Shown here in pieces: positions 27,801-42,593 of a DNA stretch of 64,000 bases. A model generated the notes under the pieces. It worked only from the letters and a program-made list of their open reading frames with translations, was not told where the DNA came from and did no database searches. Origin of the DNA: Lama guanicoe. Its lineage: Eukaryota. The stretch covers positions 18,530,711 through 18,594,710 of the forward strand of contig MU054187.1 in the NCBI GenBank assembly GCA_013239625.1. The letters are read 5' to 3'. The position numbers and the translations under genes are program-made. Each line of letters opens with the position of its first letter. The stretch's first letter is position 1.

Positions 27801-27829
27801 CCAATTTCATGTGCATGTAAGTGTGACTC

Positions 27830-28010
27830 TGTACAACTTCTCCGTATCATCATTTCTGCATCTATAAAATGAGATGTCCCTCTATTTCTTTATTCAAAAA
27901 ATTGCTACTGAGATAATAATAGTATCTACTTCATTGGTTGCTATGAAAATAAAATACATGTAAAGGACCTATAAGAGGACCTGGTATCATGTAAGTATTC
28001 AATAAACACC
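27830..28010 (+). mobile_element. MIR SINE
   Basis: catctataaaatgag...gataataatagtatctacttcat...catgtaaag...cctggta...attcaataaa. Confidence 0.65.
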
Positions 28011-30293
28011 GCCTGTACTAGGTACTAGCCCCTACTGCTACTGTGTTAGAACCACTGCTGTAATTCTCTGACTAGTATTAACGTCACAAACACCATCACC
28101 ACCCCTGCAGAGGGAACTGCTGTGGTCAGGATTCTACAGACAATTCTTACCAGACGACTGAGATCACCGATCCTTGAGTCCAAGAGGCTCTCTCACTTAC
28201 CCAGAGCCGGTTTTTAGTGGTCACTAGTAAATAAATTCAGGCTTCATTGAAGTTATATATGTGACATAAGCTACATATAACACACAGAAGCCTATTAATA
28301 TTAAAACTAAGAAATGTATAGATTGGAATTTTCCCCAAGTTTACATCAATATACAGTCTAATAATTATTCCTAAGGGGGAAAACAATAGCAAATTTAATT
28401 AAGAGCTTGCTATTCTAGGATCCAGATATTCTTCTCAGTGAGTTATCTAAGGTAGTATTATTTTTACAGGGAAGAAATTAATGGACAGAGCATTAAGTAA
28501 CTTGCTTAAGATTGCACCATTAAACAAGTAAACCTAGATAATGACTTCCCATCCTGTGCTCATAAACATTATACTATATTGTTTCATTAATATTCCCATG
28601 AAAGCATCTATAGCAATTTGCCAAGTAGTACTATCTTTAGTCTTATGCTTCGCAAAGGAAATAAGTCATTTCCTTAAAAGATTCTGGCATAGAATCAAAC
28701 CATATACCCACAGGAGCCTCATTAATGTTAATATATTATGAATTAAGATACACTTAAGGTATATCCTTTTATTCTTTTTGGAGGACAGGCAGTTGCTGGC
28801 CACATCTACCTGGTAGGAGTCAAAGAGTAAAATGCTTTGTCTAATTGCTTTCACCAGCATACAATCATAATTAGTTTCATGCTTATGAATTTAATCTTAC
28901 ATGTTAATTATATCTGCAATGATTCTGAGAATGCAAAGAAGTTAACTAATGAAAAATAACTGCCTTGAGGATACAAGCTTTGAGCATATAAATGATTACA
29001 AAAAGAACAAAAATGTTCCCATTTTCAATAACATTCAGAATGCCTCCCAAATTTAAATCTCTCACGGTATTGGTCAATGGAATATTAGTACTAAGTGAGA
29101 AGCATGTCAGAAGTGTAAGTAAAATTTTGCACTTATTTAAAGGTTCATTCCATATGGCTCTGATTTAATTTATTCTTCAAAAATCTAAACTTATATAAAC
29201 ATATACAAATATTCATGAATAATCCTGATTAAAATTAAATTAAACATAAAGGTAACAGACTTCCATATCCAGCAGTACGTTAGGATAAGTAAACTGACCA
29301 AAGATCCTGCTAAAAAGAAATAAACACAGTTGTTAAGACACCAAAAGTATTTTCTTTAACTGTATCATTGAGTCGGCAATTTAGAATTGATTGTAGAAAG
29401 GCGGAAAAAAAAAGAGAGAGAGAGAGAGCTGGAACTCAACGAATAAACAGCACTGAAGCTGGGTTTTGCAGAACCTGAGCTTCTTTTAACATTTCTACAG
29501 ATATAAAGGCTCACTACACAATGGAAGAAAGGGAAAAGATTACCTAGAAGATAGGAAAACTCTAAATTTGAATGAAAGAGGTAAAAGAGCCTCAAGTTAT
29601 ATACAGTAAAAATTAAAAGGATTACTAACAGAAAAGACAAATCTACCATCAAAGTTGTTTTAAAATGGAACATTTACAAAAATTGACCAAAACTGGGCTA
29701 AAAAGAAAGCTTCAACAAAGTTCACAAATTTGGTGTCATTTCCTCTGATCACAATACAATTATGTTAGAAATCAGTAATTAAAAATTTTCACTTGTTTGG
29801 AGATTTAAAATACACTTCTATACAACTCATGAGTTAAAGTAGAAATAATGGAACTTAGAAAATAACATGAAATTATATAAATTAGCCAAGTTGTTCAAAT
29901 GTACTATATAACAACTAATATATACTAATATAAAATATACTAATAAAGCACTTTCATTCTTATAAACTAATTTACTTAACAGCCTGTGGTTTGTTTGGCT
30001 TTAGTTCTTTTACCACTTATAAGAATACCTGATTAACACAGTATATCATGTATGCTATATATAAAAATGTGATCAATATTTTTTATTATAATAAATTCTG
30101 TTCTATCTTACTTTGTTAGGAACCTTCCTTGACTAAGCTATCTTAAGGTATGATTTGTTTGAGTTAGTATGCATTGTAAAATTTTCCATATTGAAGGTAT
30201 GTATTTATGACTCTTTGACTCCAATGTACACATCCTTTTTAAAATTTCTGAGCAACTGCTTTAAATGCATTTAAAGCAAACTTGATTGCTGAA

Positions 30294-30656
30294 TGCTATA
30301 GAATGATGTGTATGCCACCCCAAAATTCATGTTAAATCCTAATACCCAAGGAGATGATATTTGGAGATGGGGACTTTGGGAGGTAATTAGGTCACAAGGA
30401 TGGAGTGCTCATGAAATGGGATTAGCAACCTTATAAAAGAGACCTCAAAGAATTCCCTTGCACCTTCTGCCATGTGAAAACACAACCTGAAGACCACTGC
30501 TATGAACCAGGAAGTGGATCCTCACAAAACACCAAATCTGCCAGTGCCTAGGCTGTGGGACTTCCCAGCCTCCAGGACTGTGAGAAATGAACATTTGCTG
30601 TTTAAGCCACCCCATATGTGGTATTTCTGTTATAGCAGCTCAAACAGACTGAGACA
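30294..30656 (+). mobile_element. Solo LTR, MaLR MLT1A-like (363 bp)
   Basis: TG...CA ends with a perfect 5-bp TSD CTGAA (30289-30293 and 30657-30661). Typical motifs ttgggaggtaattagg and ggacttcccagcctccaggactgtgagaaat. Confidence 0.9.
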
Positions 30657-33600
30657 CTGAATAAGTTCCATTTTCTCTATATTCAAAAACTGGCTTGAAA
30701 ACTTGGCAAGAATCAAAGAATTATTTCAGAAAAGTTAGGAAAAGAACAGTAAAAACTAGAACCCTGAATTAAGTGTTTAGAGATATAGTGGATATGTAAT
30801 TAGATTGAAAAATCTGTGTTGGAACGCATACCACTGTGTTTCCCACTCTAAATGGCTAGTTCTGGTAACGTTCAGTCCAAACGCCTAAGCTGGATTGAAA
30901 ATATGAAGCCCTGACCTGTAGTTTGAATCACTGTATCCAAGGATGTTGTCTGAAGGCTAAATACTTTTCAAAAACGGTAGCCTGGTGTGCCTGATAGCAC
31001 ATCCTGGTAGCATATCTTTTGACAACAGCCAAGAAAGAGAATGAGAATAAGAAGCACTGGTGTGTAGACACTTGGCTCTTGGCTCCACAAAATAGAAATT
31101 AAACTATATCAAGAAGAAAGAGAGAGAAAAAGTGAATTCATTAAAAGGATACATGAGTGCCTTAAGAAATCCTAGAGCAGACTTCAAGAAGGGCTGGATC
31201 CAGAAACTGAGAAGCCATGAGAGCCTCAGCTGGTGAACCCTTTCTCATGGTTCTCACCTCTCTTCCCCTCACATGTCTGCAGAATTTTGCTCTCTTCCTT
31301 TGAACCAGCTTTCTCTGTTTTCCAGTCTGCCTGGCATACAATATGGCTGCTCAAAGCCCTTGCATTTACAAGTTGAACTCCCAGACATGTGAAGAGACTA
31401 ATTACCTTTCTCTTGTTCACAATTCCAAAATCCAAGGGATGGAACTTGGTTTGGTTCCAGCTTGGTACAGGAGCATACTCTGGTCTAATCAGGTGGAAAA
31501 GGCCACTTGGCTTCAACATGGCTGCCCACAGACCACTATGTGAGTGGTCGGGGTAGCTAAAGGTGCAACTGTATACTGGAAACTCCAAAAGTCACTCAGC
31601 AGAAATAAGAAACAAGTGTTTCTTGCACATGCATGAGCAACCTGCATTCTAATGGAACTTCATATCACCCTGTGCCCAAAAGGAGGGTGTCAAGTTGGAT
31701 AACCAAGGCTGAAGGCATTCACCTGAGGCCTTGGGGAAGATGATAGGATACCAGTTGGCCTCAGGCATAAGAGGTGGAGGGCAGATTTCCTTAAGCAGCA
31801 AAAGAGTGTACAGCAGAGAGAAGTGTGGTCAGCACTGCGCCAGGAAGCGGACAGATCATATTTGAACAGAAACTGCCAAGTCCCTCCAGTTTCTCTCCAT
31901 TTGGCGAGGACAGAGAGTCTTCTGACAGAACTGCTAAGTCCTTTCTCCCTGCAGGCTTCACTACACATCTTGAGTTTCTGTTTCCTATACTAGACATTCT
32001 GCCTGGTCTCAATTCATATAATTTGATCCATACTATTTGTATTATCTTGACTGTATAGATATTTAAATAAGTAAAAATCAGTATAGCAAAATGATCTTGC
32101 TCATCTCTCAGGTAAAGCATAATAATCCACCCATTTCCTCAGCCTATAAACCCTAACATAATCCTCTATCTCTTCTCTATCTCTTTTTGCTTATTTATCT
32201 GTTGATTCTTACTCTCCAATATCTTTTTAATCAGTCTCCTCCATTCCATCAATCATGCCATAGTTTTAACTCAAGATCTTATTACCTCCTTTCTGAATTT
32301 TTACAATAGCCTCCTAACTGATCTTCCCATCCCCAAATGTCCAATATCTTTTGCACTAGCTTCAACAACTTCCATTTTAAAGCAAAATCTTCTCCTCATC
32401 ACAGCCCAATTTATCAACCTAGGTTCATGAGTCCCTAAAGGTTAATGGATGCGTTGGGGGAATCTGTGAACCCTATAATATTATGTGCAAAATGTTTGTA
32501 TGTACATACATGTGTAAATTTTCCTAGACAATTCCCTTTCACTATATTCTCAAGTGAAATGGAGGGCCTATGACCCCCCAAAGTATAAACAATCACTGCT
32601 CTAGGCGGGAGAATTCCTCCAGTCCCATCCTATACCTATGACTGCTGCCATACCAACACGGACAGCAGTTGGCAAATTCTTATTTTATAAAAGCACAATT
32701 TTCAACAGTTTTATCAACAAGTTATGTTTCACTCATCTAAGTTCTGTCCTCTCATGTTCTGAGTACCAGCAATCTAGTCAGTCTGTTAGACAAGACTTCT
32801 TCCAAAAGAACTGTTTATAGAACTTGGGCTCCAGCAACTCTTGCAGTATAATTCTTGTGTATAACTGAACCACAGAAAAATAACTCCTTAATTTGTGGTT
32901 CGAGTAACCACTGCAGAACAACCTACAGTGGGTGGCATGAAACTATCACAATTATAAAGTAACCAAGCAAATAATATACTATGTCTGTAACAGATAAAAT
33001 GGTATAAATGCAAAGCACACATTGCTATAAATAACGTCTGTGGTTATTTGCTGAGATACTCTAACCCTGCAGTGACAAGGGCTACTCTTAGCTTGGTTTA
33101 TAAAGGAGTAACTGAAGCTATTTGACGGTAGACTCTGTGGCACCACATGTATTGTTTGGGCTGAGAAACGAGGTGAACTGCACTGTATAGTAACTTTGGG
33201 AAAATGCTGCCTTTAATATAAACAAACAATGGACTTTCCTTCAGAAGCCATGATAAGGGAGAGGAGGGTAGCAGGATTAACCCTACTAAATCAGCATGCC
33301 TGCAATTTGGGAAACCATGAATAAGAGCAGCCAGTGTGTCTAAATACGTATTTGTTGACAGCTATAATCAGATCATTTCCCCCAGAATTAAAATCATAGA
33401 TTTCAGAGTTGGGAAGGCTCTAAAAAGATCAACAAGAGGCTGAGGACCAAAGACGATGAGTGACTTGCTCAAGTTCACAAAACAGAACAGAAAGAAATTG
33501 AGTGTCCTGCCTCCCAATGTTGCCATTCTTAAACAGAAAAGTTCATTTTTTTTTAATTAAAATTTTCTTTTCCAGGAAAGACTATTGCTCTGCATTTGCA

Positions 33601-33949
33601 TTTGCACAGGATTCCAAATAACTTGATCTGGGGAGAGAAGAGGAGCCTCACCTAACTTTTTTGCAACTGACAATGTTCTTGGGTCCTTTATTTGGCAGAG
33701 AGAGTTGGTCAAGTGAGTAATATACTATTTTTATAAAATAAGCATGGACAGTTTGAAAATCTTAAGTTTGGGCAATATTTGACTCCTTTTAAGACTACCC
33801 TTTAGAGTACATCAAAGGGGAGGTTAGAAATGCAAATCCTAATGGGTAGCCCCAGAACCACAACTTGAAAACCAGCTGAGCAACAGAATATTCTGTTGGC
33901 CAGGTGCCCTTTGAAATTTACAAGGAATTCCAGAAGACACTGAGCATGG

Positions 33950-34170
33950 GTAGTTCTCTTAAGACAGTGTGGTCTTTTGACCTGGGGGTCCCAGAAACCC
34001 TTTCCGAGTATTTATGAGGTGAAAACTTGTCATAATGCCACTAAAATATTACTTGGTCTTTTTCACCATTCTCAAGTAAATGGTGGATTTTCTAACTACA
34101 TAACTGAATGAACAGCAAGCAGATGCCCATGAAAACCTAGATGCTTTTAATTATTAAAGAGATCTATGTC
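33950..34170. mobile_element. hAT-Charlie-like relic
   Basis: gtgtggtc...ggggtcccagaaaccctttc...gaggtgaaaact...cataat motifs. Confidence 0.45.
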
Positions 34171-34214
34171 AGTTTCTAATGTATTCATGAATTATAATGA
34201 AGGGGACTATATAA

Positions 34215-34862
34215 AAAAAATTAAAATGTAACTCACATACCATACAATTGACCCATTTAAAGTATGCACTCCAATGGCTTTAAGTATACTCACTAAAAAG
34301 AGTTGTGCACCCGTTATCACAATCTATTCTTATATATTTTCACCACTCCAAAAAGAAAATCTATACCCCTTAGCCATCAATCCCTTAACCCCCTCCCCTC
34401 ATCTTTCCATTCCTAGGCAACCACTGATCTACTTTCTACCTCTAAATATTTGCCGATTCTGGACATTTCATGTACATAAAATCATACAATATGTAGTCCT
34501 TTGTAATTCTCCTTTCACTTAGCATAATGTTTTCAAAGTTCAGCCAAATTGTATCTTCATTACTTTTTATGACTGAATAATATTCATATACGTATAAACA
34601 CACACACACCCACAAATACACACACATTTTGTTTATCAGTTCATCAGTTGGGTATTTGGGTTCTTTCCATCTTTTGGCTATTACAAATAATACTGCTTTG
34701 GTCATTTGTTTACAACTTTTTGAGTAGATGTATGTTTTCATTTCTTTCAGTTATATACCTGGGAATGGAATTGCTGGGTCATGTGGTAACTCTGTTTAAG
34801 TGTTTAAGGAGCTACCACACTATTTTCCAAATTGGCTACACCATTTTACATTCCCACCCATC
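34215..34862 (-). mobile_element. L1MB-like 3' end
   Basis: Motifs cctaggcaaccact.atctactttct; attctggacatttcat; attttacattcccacc. Confidence 0.8.
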
Positions 34863-36179
34863 AGAAAGTTTTTACTTTAAAAAAATCATAACAATTAAAC
34901 AGATCATGACTATAAACCCCTTGTTTTCTACTAGTAGGTAACTGAAGAAAAAACCCAAGTATTGATATGTTTTTTAAAAACCACATACTATTAGCATATG
35001 AAATTCAGATGCATAGTTCACAACACAGAAAGACAGCTTTAAATTGCTATTTTTAAAAGAGTTACCATGTAATAAATATTTCCTGCATTACTTAAACCAA
35101 GTGAAAATATTATACACGGGCTACAGTCAAATACTCTAAAATAATGGGAATTCTTAAACGTGAATAAAAAAGGACAAATTCAATTTTCTCAAAAACTAAA
35201 TTAGAATTTACCTAATCAGGTGATATATCATACTTTCAGTCTGATAAATGGAAAAGAAATTGAAAGCTACTTGCTACAACTATATAGTAAAGACAATAGA
35301 GACTTATTGCCCAAAGAGTTTGTGGTAAACAATTTGGGAACAACTTTATGCAGTAAACCGTATATTCTGTATATTCTAAACAGTGAGGGGCTTTGCTTCT
35401 ATACATTGGGTGTGCTTCCTATATAGGAAGCTAGTATCTATGACTACTAAGTGTGAAGCAGAGATTAAAGGAAAATTTGGCCAAGCACCACTACCTCTCA
35501 CGGGTCTTTCTGCCAAGGAGAGAGTCCAAAGAACAATGGAAATAGCAGCAGGTAGAGAAGTGGCCGAGGGGAAAGTGTGGTTAGGAGCAGAAAGAGAAGG
35601 TGAAGACACTCAGAAGATACAGGTAAGTGGTGCACAGAAATCTGGACTTTTACCACGTTCCAGCACCAGCCACTTTGCCTTCTCCGGTCAGCAGTGGTTA
35701 TAGTCCTCCATAACTGCCTTCAGCCTCACCATTACACTCTCTGGACAATGACGGCTGACAGAGTAAGAATCATAGTTTACATCATGATCCAGCACCCTCA
35801 AAGAGATCTCCTTCAACCTACACATTAACACACAACTGAAATAAGTTTCCTAAAAGCAAGAATTAGTCTTGCTATGTGCAGTACATTCTAATATCTCCTA
35901 TTCTATTTCACCAAAGAAAAAACTGCTGAGAATGACCCAATACATTGTGGTTTACAGTTCATCAAGGACATAGCTCAAAAAATAAGTTAATATAAATAAT
36001 TTTGCATATGGGTAGGCAATGACAACTGTCACAAGTCTCACTTGGACAATGGTGATTTCAAGGACATAAGAGAGGTTAAGATGCAAATAAATGTGTCTTA
36101 GGAAAAATAATAGGAGGTAATATGACCTCAATGATATTAGCTATTATCATTATGGTGGGCGGGGGAGAAAAGGAGTCCT

Positions 36180-37600
36180 GACATACTCCAAAATAAATTT
36201 TAAATAGTTTAAAATAAGACTGAACTATAAAACTATAAAATACTAGAAGGAAACATGCCAGTATTTCCATGGAGGCAATGGTCTTTCTAAGTATGATAAC
36301 CAAACAAGAAACTATAAAAGAAAAAATATATTAAATCAATTATATAATAATAGAGAGAGTTTATATGGCAATGGTAACCAACAATAAACTGGTAGCAAAT
36401 AGTTTTAACAGTTATAACAAAGAGTAAAAATTAATAGGAAAGTGATAAATCCAAAAGACAAATGAGCAGCTGGAATCAGCCAATGAAACGGAAATACAAT
36501 AGTCATTTCAGAATTAAGTCAATGCAAGATGTTCACATTGCTAGTCATCAAAAAAGCAAATTAAAACAATGATAGTACTTCTGTCTATTAGACTGGCAAA
36601 CATGAAAAATAAAATGGTAACATCTAGTGTTATAGAAAAACAGTTCCTCTGTGATAAATGGGAAACATGTACAAACTTTTAAGGAATGTATACCCTTTCC
36701 AGCCTTCCCATTCCAAAGAATTTATTTCAAGGAAATAATCAGATAATCATACCAAGATTTATGCACAGCATTTGTCACTGAAAGGTTGTTTATAAAAATA
36801 GTGAAAACTGGATACCAACAGGGGACTAGTTAAATTATAGTAGTAGAATGCTATATAATCTTTAACAATTTTGTTCATGACATATTTAGGTATCTATTTG
36901 GAGGGAAAACCTAAAATAATATTCAAAAATATGATTGTAAAATAAATAAAACAGTATTCAAAAATATGATTTCTAAGAACCTTTTTACATTATATATTAA
37001 AATGCTTTCAACTAGATGATCTGTTTTTTCCATTACTTTATTTGAATTTGTATTCTGAAATAAGCTTGAATTACTTTTGTAATAAAATAATAATTTTAAA
37101 ATAAAAAGATGAACAACCTTAATTACATGAAGAGCTCATGTACATAGATCAGGAAGATACTATAATCATCCCAAAAGATAAATAAGCTAAGCAAAGCAAC
37201 TGATAATTTACAAAAAAGGAAATATTAATAAATAAACATGAAATGTTCAATCTGTTTGCATAAGCCTGAAAAATATCAATAACCTTTAAACCTCGTTATT
37301 CCACTTAATCTTTCCTCAGGAAAGAGTCTAGATGTCTTACCTTGAAGATGTTCACAACTGTGTCACTTGCAACGGTTAAAACAGAAACAACATAAATGTC
37401 TAATAAATAGGAATGCTTAAAGAAATTGTGTTATATTCAGTGATAAATAAAGCATCCTTCATAACAAGAAATGTTATGCTATGAGATTAAGTGAGGAACT
37501 TGTGATTCAAAATTATATAGAGAAAATGATAAAAACTATATACAAACAAAACGAAACTCTGTGTCTAGATGAAAAGACTGAAAGGATATTCACCAAAATG
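36180..37600 (+). mobile_element. Highly decayed ancient L1 (L1ME-like) fragments
   Basis: A-rich sequence with scattered motifs (aactataaaatactagaag, gcaaattaaaacaa, agactggcaaa). Similar relics lie at ~1490-2140, ~10700-11010, ~29270-29870 and ~59130-59420. Confidence 0.5.
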
Positions 37601-39620
37601 ACTGGTAGACCTTTAAAGGTTTTTTGTTGTTGTTGTTCATCTGTTTGTTTTGTTTTTAGAGTGTTCGCACTATTTTTTAAACTGAGATATAACTGACATA
37701 TAACTATATATATATATACATAAAAAAGACTATATTTTAGTTTCAGGTATACAACATAACAACTCAATATTTGTATATACTGTGAAATGTTCACCACAAG
37801 TCTAGTTAATACTCATCACCATGCATGGTTACAAAATTGGACCTACGAAGTTTTAAAATTTTGCTACTTCGGGAATTTCCCATAGCTTTTTAATGAGACT
37901 GCATTACTTTTACAAGTTGAAACAAAACCAAAGAAAACAGTAACAAAAGTACCAACATAATTATAATTTTAATAATTTGGCTTGATCACTGAATAATATT
38001 AGCTTTGACATTGTAGTGATCAGTATATAAATAAATCGATTAAAGTTTTAGTCTAAAATGAAGAAACCAACAGAATTAATTGGGTTTGCTTTGTTCAGTA
38101 GTGCTTTTTTAAAATAATAAACAAAAGAGTATATAGAAAAATGGGAAAGAATATTTGCATAAATTGAAATTTATGCATTTTCAGTAAGCCATAAAATTGT
38201 AACATAAAAGAATATAGTATTTGATGATATTTGCAATGATAGATGTATAAATACTTGTTTTTAACTTTCCTTTTTCTTATAATAAAAATGCAACTTAAAA
38301 TATTTTGCTTGGTTAATTATCCAATTCAAAAAAATGAACCTGAAAATACAGAAATGTACACAGAAATGTAGACAGCTCACATCATAAGGTCATGACTTAA
38401 AAAGACATACCTTGAAATGCAGACTAGAAAGGTCAGCTGGGAACAGCCCACTTGCTTATTAGTTAGTGACAGTTTATCGTTCACACTGTGGCTGAATTTA
38501 GCTTCCATGAGATAAATATTACTTGGTAACATCTCTGATAAAGTCACTTGGTAAAACAGAAGTCAATAGGTGTAGCTTAAGATAAACTACAGCTTATACT
38601 TAATAATGTTTCTTAATTATTTGACAAAAGATTATTCCAACAAAAAGTTGTTCAAATGTAAAAAGTGATACCTAGAGGTATGTTTTATTTAATAAACATG
38701 TTACTTAAATATTTTAAAAGAAACAGAATAATCTGTCCCAAGTGGACAGGCTGTTGGGGATTGTATCCTCCCAATACATCATGCAACAAGTTGGGCCCCA
38801 GTCCAAACTGTACTGAGCACCAGTTCACTGAATGCACACATTTCCAGCTTCTCTAGGCCTCATCTCCTTGCCTACAAAACGTGGGTAATGCTGCCTAGCT
38901 CAGAACGGTACTGTATCTTATCCCTTTTTTCTCTACAAAATTCAATGTAATTTACCTCAAATATTAAAAAGAAAAAATAAGAGTAATAAGCTATGGTATG
39001 TATTTGAGGACAGAATAGAAAATTTGGATTATGACCTTCATTTCACCCACTCTTCATCCCACCCCATCTCTGAAAAAAAAAACAATAAATAAATATGCAG
39101 TTTCCAAGAACTGTGACATAATTTTATTTTCCAGAAAACGGAATTAGTGGATAACTACCCCCTAGGAAATGAGCATAGAACAAACTCATTTACCATGAGT
39201 TAAAACATAATAATTAGAACGGAAAGAGGCAAAAACTCATTACTTTAATTACGTATTGTTTTTTTTTCTTTACTATATAAAGTTGAAAATGTTACCAGAA
39301 ATTCCCTGAAACAAACATATCTTGGCAATCATTTCTAATAGAAAAAGCATTCAGTCACTAATCTGTTTCATATTTTTATTTGAAGATAGGGACACATAAC
39401 CTATAACTTCAAAATTCAGCCAACCTAAAAAGGTAAATAATATTTATTCTGAAAAATACAAAATTTCAAGAAGAAAAACTGTACCTATGTACAAATGTTG
39501 GAAAGTGGTTATTTAAAATGCTCATGATGGTGTCTGGATGTTTTGAGAGGCAGAATCAGAGAAATAAGTCTTTAGAGCAAGATACACCTGGATTAGAATC
39601 CCAGCTCTGCCACGGAATAG

Positions 39621-40095
39621 TTGTTGCAGTTTAAGCAAAGCAGTGGGGCCCTCTGGCTAAGTAACAGGAAAATAATATGCTGCCCCAATTCTCCCCTGCA
39701 GCACTCCACAAAGAAAAGATTAAAGGCTTGTTTTCAGAGCCTTCTCTGCAGTTAGGGAGGAGCATCCTTTACAGGTCTGATCAAGGAAAGGTAGGCTGAA
39801 GTCTGGAAGAAGTTTCTAAAAAAGTTTTTGTTTTCCTGATAAAAGGGACAGAGAAGCCGATCATGCCGTCTCCTGCTCTCTTCCTCTCTTGAACACAGAT
39901 ATGTAGCCCAGGAGAATCAAGCAGCCTTATTGTATCCATGACGCAGGCATAAGACAGCGCTAATGTTGTCAAGCGGCTGAGGCAAACCCAGAAGCCATCA
40001 GCATGGAGAATTCTTATGCAAGAAAAATAAGTCTCTATTTGTTTAGGCCACAAGTCTTCAAATTTTCTGCTACGTACAACTGATGCAAGTCTAAG
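39621..40095 (+). mobile_element. MLT1J-like LTR inserted within a MIR
   Basis: LTR motifs (ccttttctgcag-like, gttttcctgataaaagggaca, tttgtttaggccac...ttttctgctac). The MIR 5' half (~39550-39620) and 3' half (~40096-40230) lie on either side. Confidence 0.6.
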
Positions 40096-42515
40096 TGATT
40101 TGGAAAGTCACTTAAGTTTTCTGAGGCTCACTTTCTTCCTCTGTAAAGTAGATGTAATGATAGTAAGATATGTACGTAAAGTATCATTAGCTATTTGACA
40201 TGCAGTCAAGGTTCTGTAATGTCAGCTGTCGTGATGATGATGACGATGATGGCCTCATGTAACTCTCACACACACCATCTGGGGTAGTCATTTCATTCAT
40301 CCATTTTAAAGATAAGAAAAATGACACCCCATGAAGTTAAGCAACTTGCTCAAGATCACACAAGTGATAACTAGTAGAGCCAAGATTCAAATTCAGGAAT
40401 TCTCATTTTAGAATCAATAAGCTTAAACCACATATGATGATTCACTTAGAAAAGTGAGTCAACATAGTAGGAGCTAAAGTTACAAACTGTTGGCTATAAA
40501 GCTAAAGCTGGTATGTTGCCTATAATAATTATGATAATGTTAGACAACTATGAAGATGAGAATGGGTAAATCCTAATTTCATTTTGGAAAATAATAAATT
40601 CTCATTTAATTCAACAGTAATTTCATTTTTCTTCTTAAAATTAGGATGCTCTCATTTCTTTACTGAAACAGGAATACTCAACACTCTTCACTGAAGGCAA
40701 TTCTGTTCCTTAAGGACAACTAATAACCAGTATATGTCAACCAGTAATTGCAACACCTACTGTTGGCTGAATGCTTTTGTGATTCCTGTCTATCAAAAAA
40801 GCAAGCAATGAATATTTATGGTGAACTTACAACATATGTTTATTTTCTTAAGATTCCTTTGGAGAGAGAACTTCATAAGAGTGCTAGAAAAATTAGGAAG
40901 TGGCTGCTGCTGTCAGTCACCAACATCACCATCACATCACTCTTACTAATACATGTAGAATTTTTATCACAGCACATACTAAACTTTATGTACCAGTTTT
41001 GGAACATTTTTCCTTCAAACTTCAGAATGTTTCCTTCAGTGAAATAAATGAAACAAGTTTTAAAAATTCATACTGAAGGCACAGTATTTGGGGAAAAAAC
41101 AAGTAAAATTCAAAATTAAAGTTTCTAAATAAATTACATTCAGGAAACAGGAAGGCTAAAATATTTGCAATTGCAATTAGGAAAAGATATTTAGTTTCTA
41201 GAATAGACTTTGAGGTTTAAAGCATTTATGTTTAGCTGTTAACTTTCAAAGATAATTTGGCATATGTTTTTCTAATAAATAAAAAATAAATGTAATGTCA
41301 AGGCCAAAACAAAATGGATGGTGAGTAAAATAGAAGTTTAGAGGTAAGGTTAATTCAAGTAAAAATGCTAAGTCTCAAAATAAGTATGTTCACAGCAATA
41401 TATTTTAGAAGCCAAATAACTTCAAATCATGTATTCCACACTACGATAGGTATATATAAAATAAATAACTGATAACCTCATTTTCAAAAACGTACTATAT
41501 ATAAAAGAAAATGCTTTCAAGGAAAATATATCAAGAAAAGAATTATTTGCTTAATAAATCCAAAAACGACACAGGCAATAGCATAAAATCCGTATGAACA
41601 TCATATTATGCTTAATCAGTATTAATTAAGGATCTAATTATACCTATTTAATAGTTAATTTGCATTTTTTAAAGCAACACAAAGTATTCTATTTTAGGTC
41701 CAAAATTAAGGTTGTGAATTAAAACTTTAAAAGAAATCTAACTGTAGTATATTTATGGAAAAATCTTTTCTTAAAAATTAAAACAAGCTAAAGCAAAGGA
41801 TCAAATTTTCAAGTACAGAACTATCTGTTGAGCCTGAATTTACCAAATAAAAGAAGGGCTTCATATAAATGGAGATAGTTGTGTCATTTATAGGCTTATA
41901 AAGTATTTTTCAATTATTATAATTCTGGATTTTTTTAAATAAGGGTGTTCCAAAACACTCCTTTTTAAACAATTAAATTAGCCTAGGCTTAGACTCTTAG
42001 GTAAATGGACTTTTGATGTACATACTGACTGATGCTGGGTTAGAACCTAGGCCTCTTGCCCTCCACGCCCATGTTCTTCCTGATACTTGCCCAGTCCAAC
42101 TTCCCTGCACATTCCAAAGACCACTGTATCCCTTCCTACCACTTTAAAAAAGCACTTTTATAGGAATGTAGAAAAAGAACAAGGAAGTAGGAGAACCAGG
42201 AAAGTGGATGTAGATGACAATTTCAGGAAAGGGAACAGCCAGCAGTGTTGAATGCTACAGAGAACTTGAGCAAAAATGACTGGGCAGGTGACCAGAGGTC
42301 ACTGATGAATTTAAGAGGGTGCTTTCAATTAGTACAATAGTGAGGGCAGAGTCAAGTGGGCTGAGCTGCGGAAGAAATGGAAATTTAGGAAATAAGAGCA
42401 GTTTAGGGGGTCAGGGAGAAACAGAAAAATAGTTCTAAAGGTGAAATGTTTTCAATTGTCTAGAAAAGATGATATACAGAAAATTCAAGGTAAAGAATAG
42501 GAAAGCCAGAGAGTA

Positions 42516-42593
42516 TTAGGCTGAATCATATGAAACTTCAGATATTCAATGTTTTACTTAAAACATCCAGAAATTTCATAGAGAGTAAACTAA
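42516..42593. mobile_element. MADE2-like mariner MITE (~78 bp)
   Basis: TA followed by ttaggctgaatcatatgaaa...aatttcata...aactaa. Decayed terminal inverted repeats and the expected length. Confidence 0.65.

Noticed and set aside
30257..30278. 22-bp perfect palindrome tgctttaaatgcatttaaagca
   Set aside because: Real but isolated and AT-rich, with no context suggesting function.
36920..36971. Short direct repeats (tattcaaaaatatgatt x2; similar small ones near 12326, 29915 and 38349)
   Set aside because: Ordinary slippage duplications. There is no array with unique spacers, so nothing CRISPR-like.
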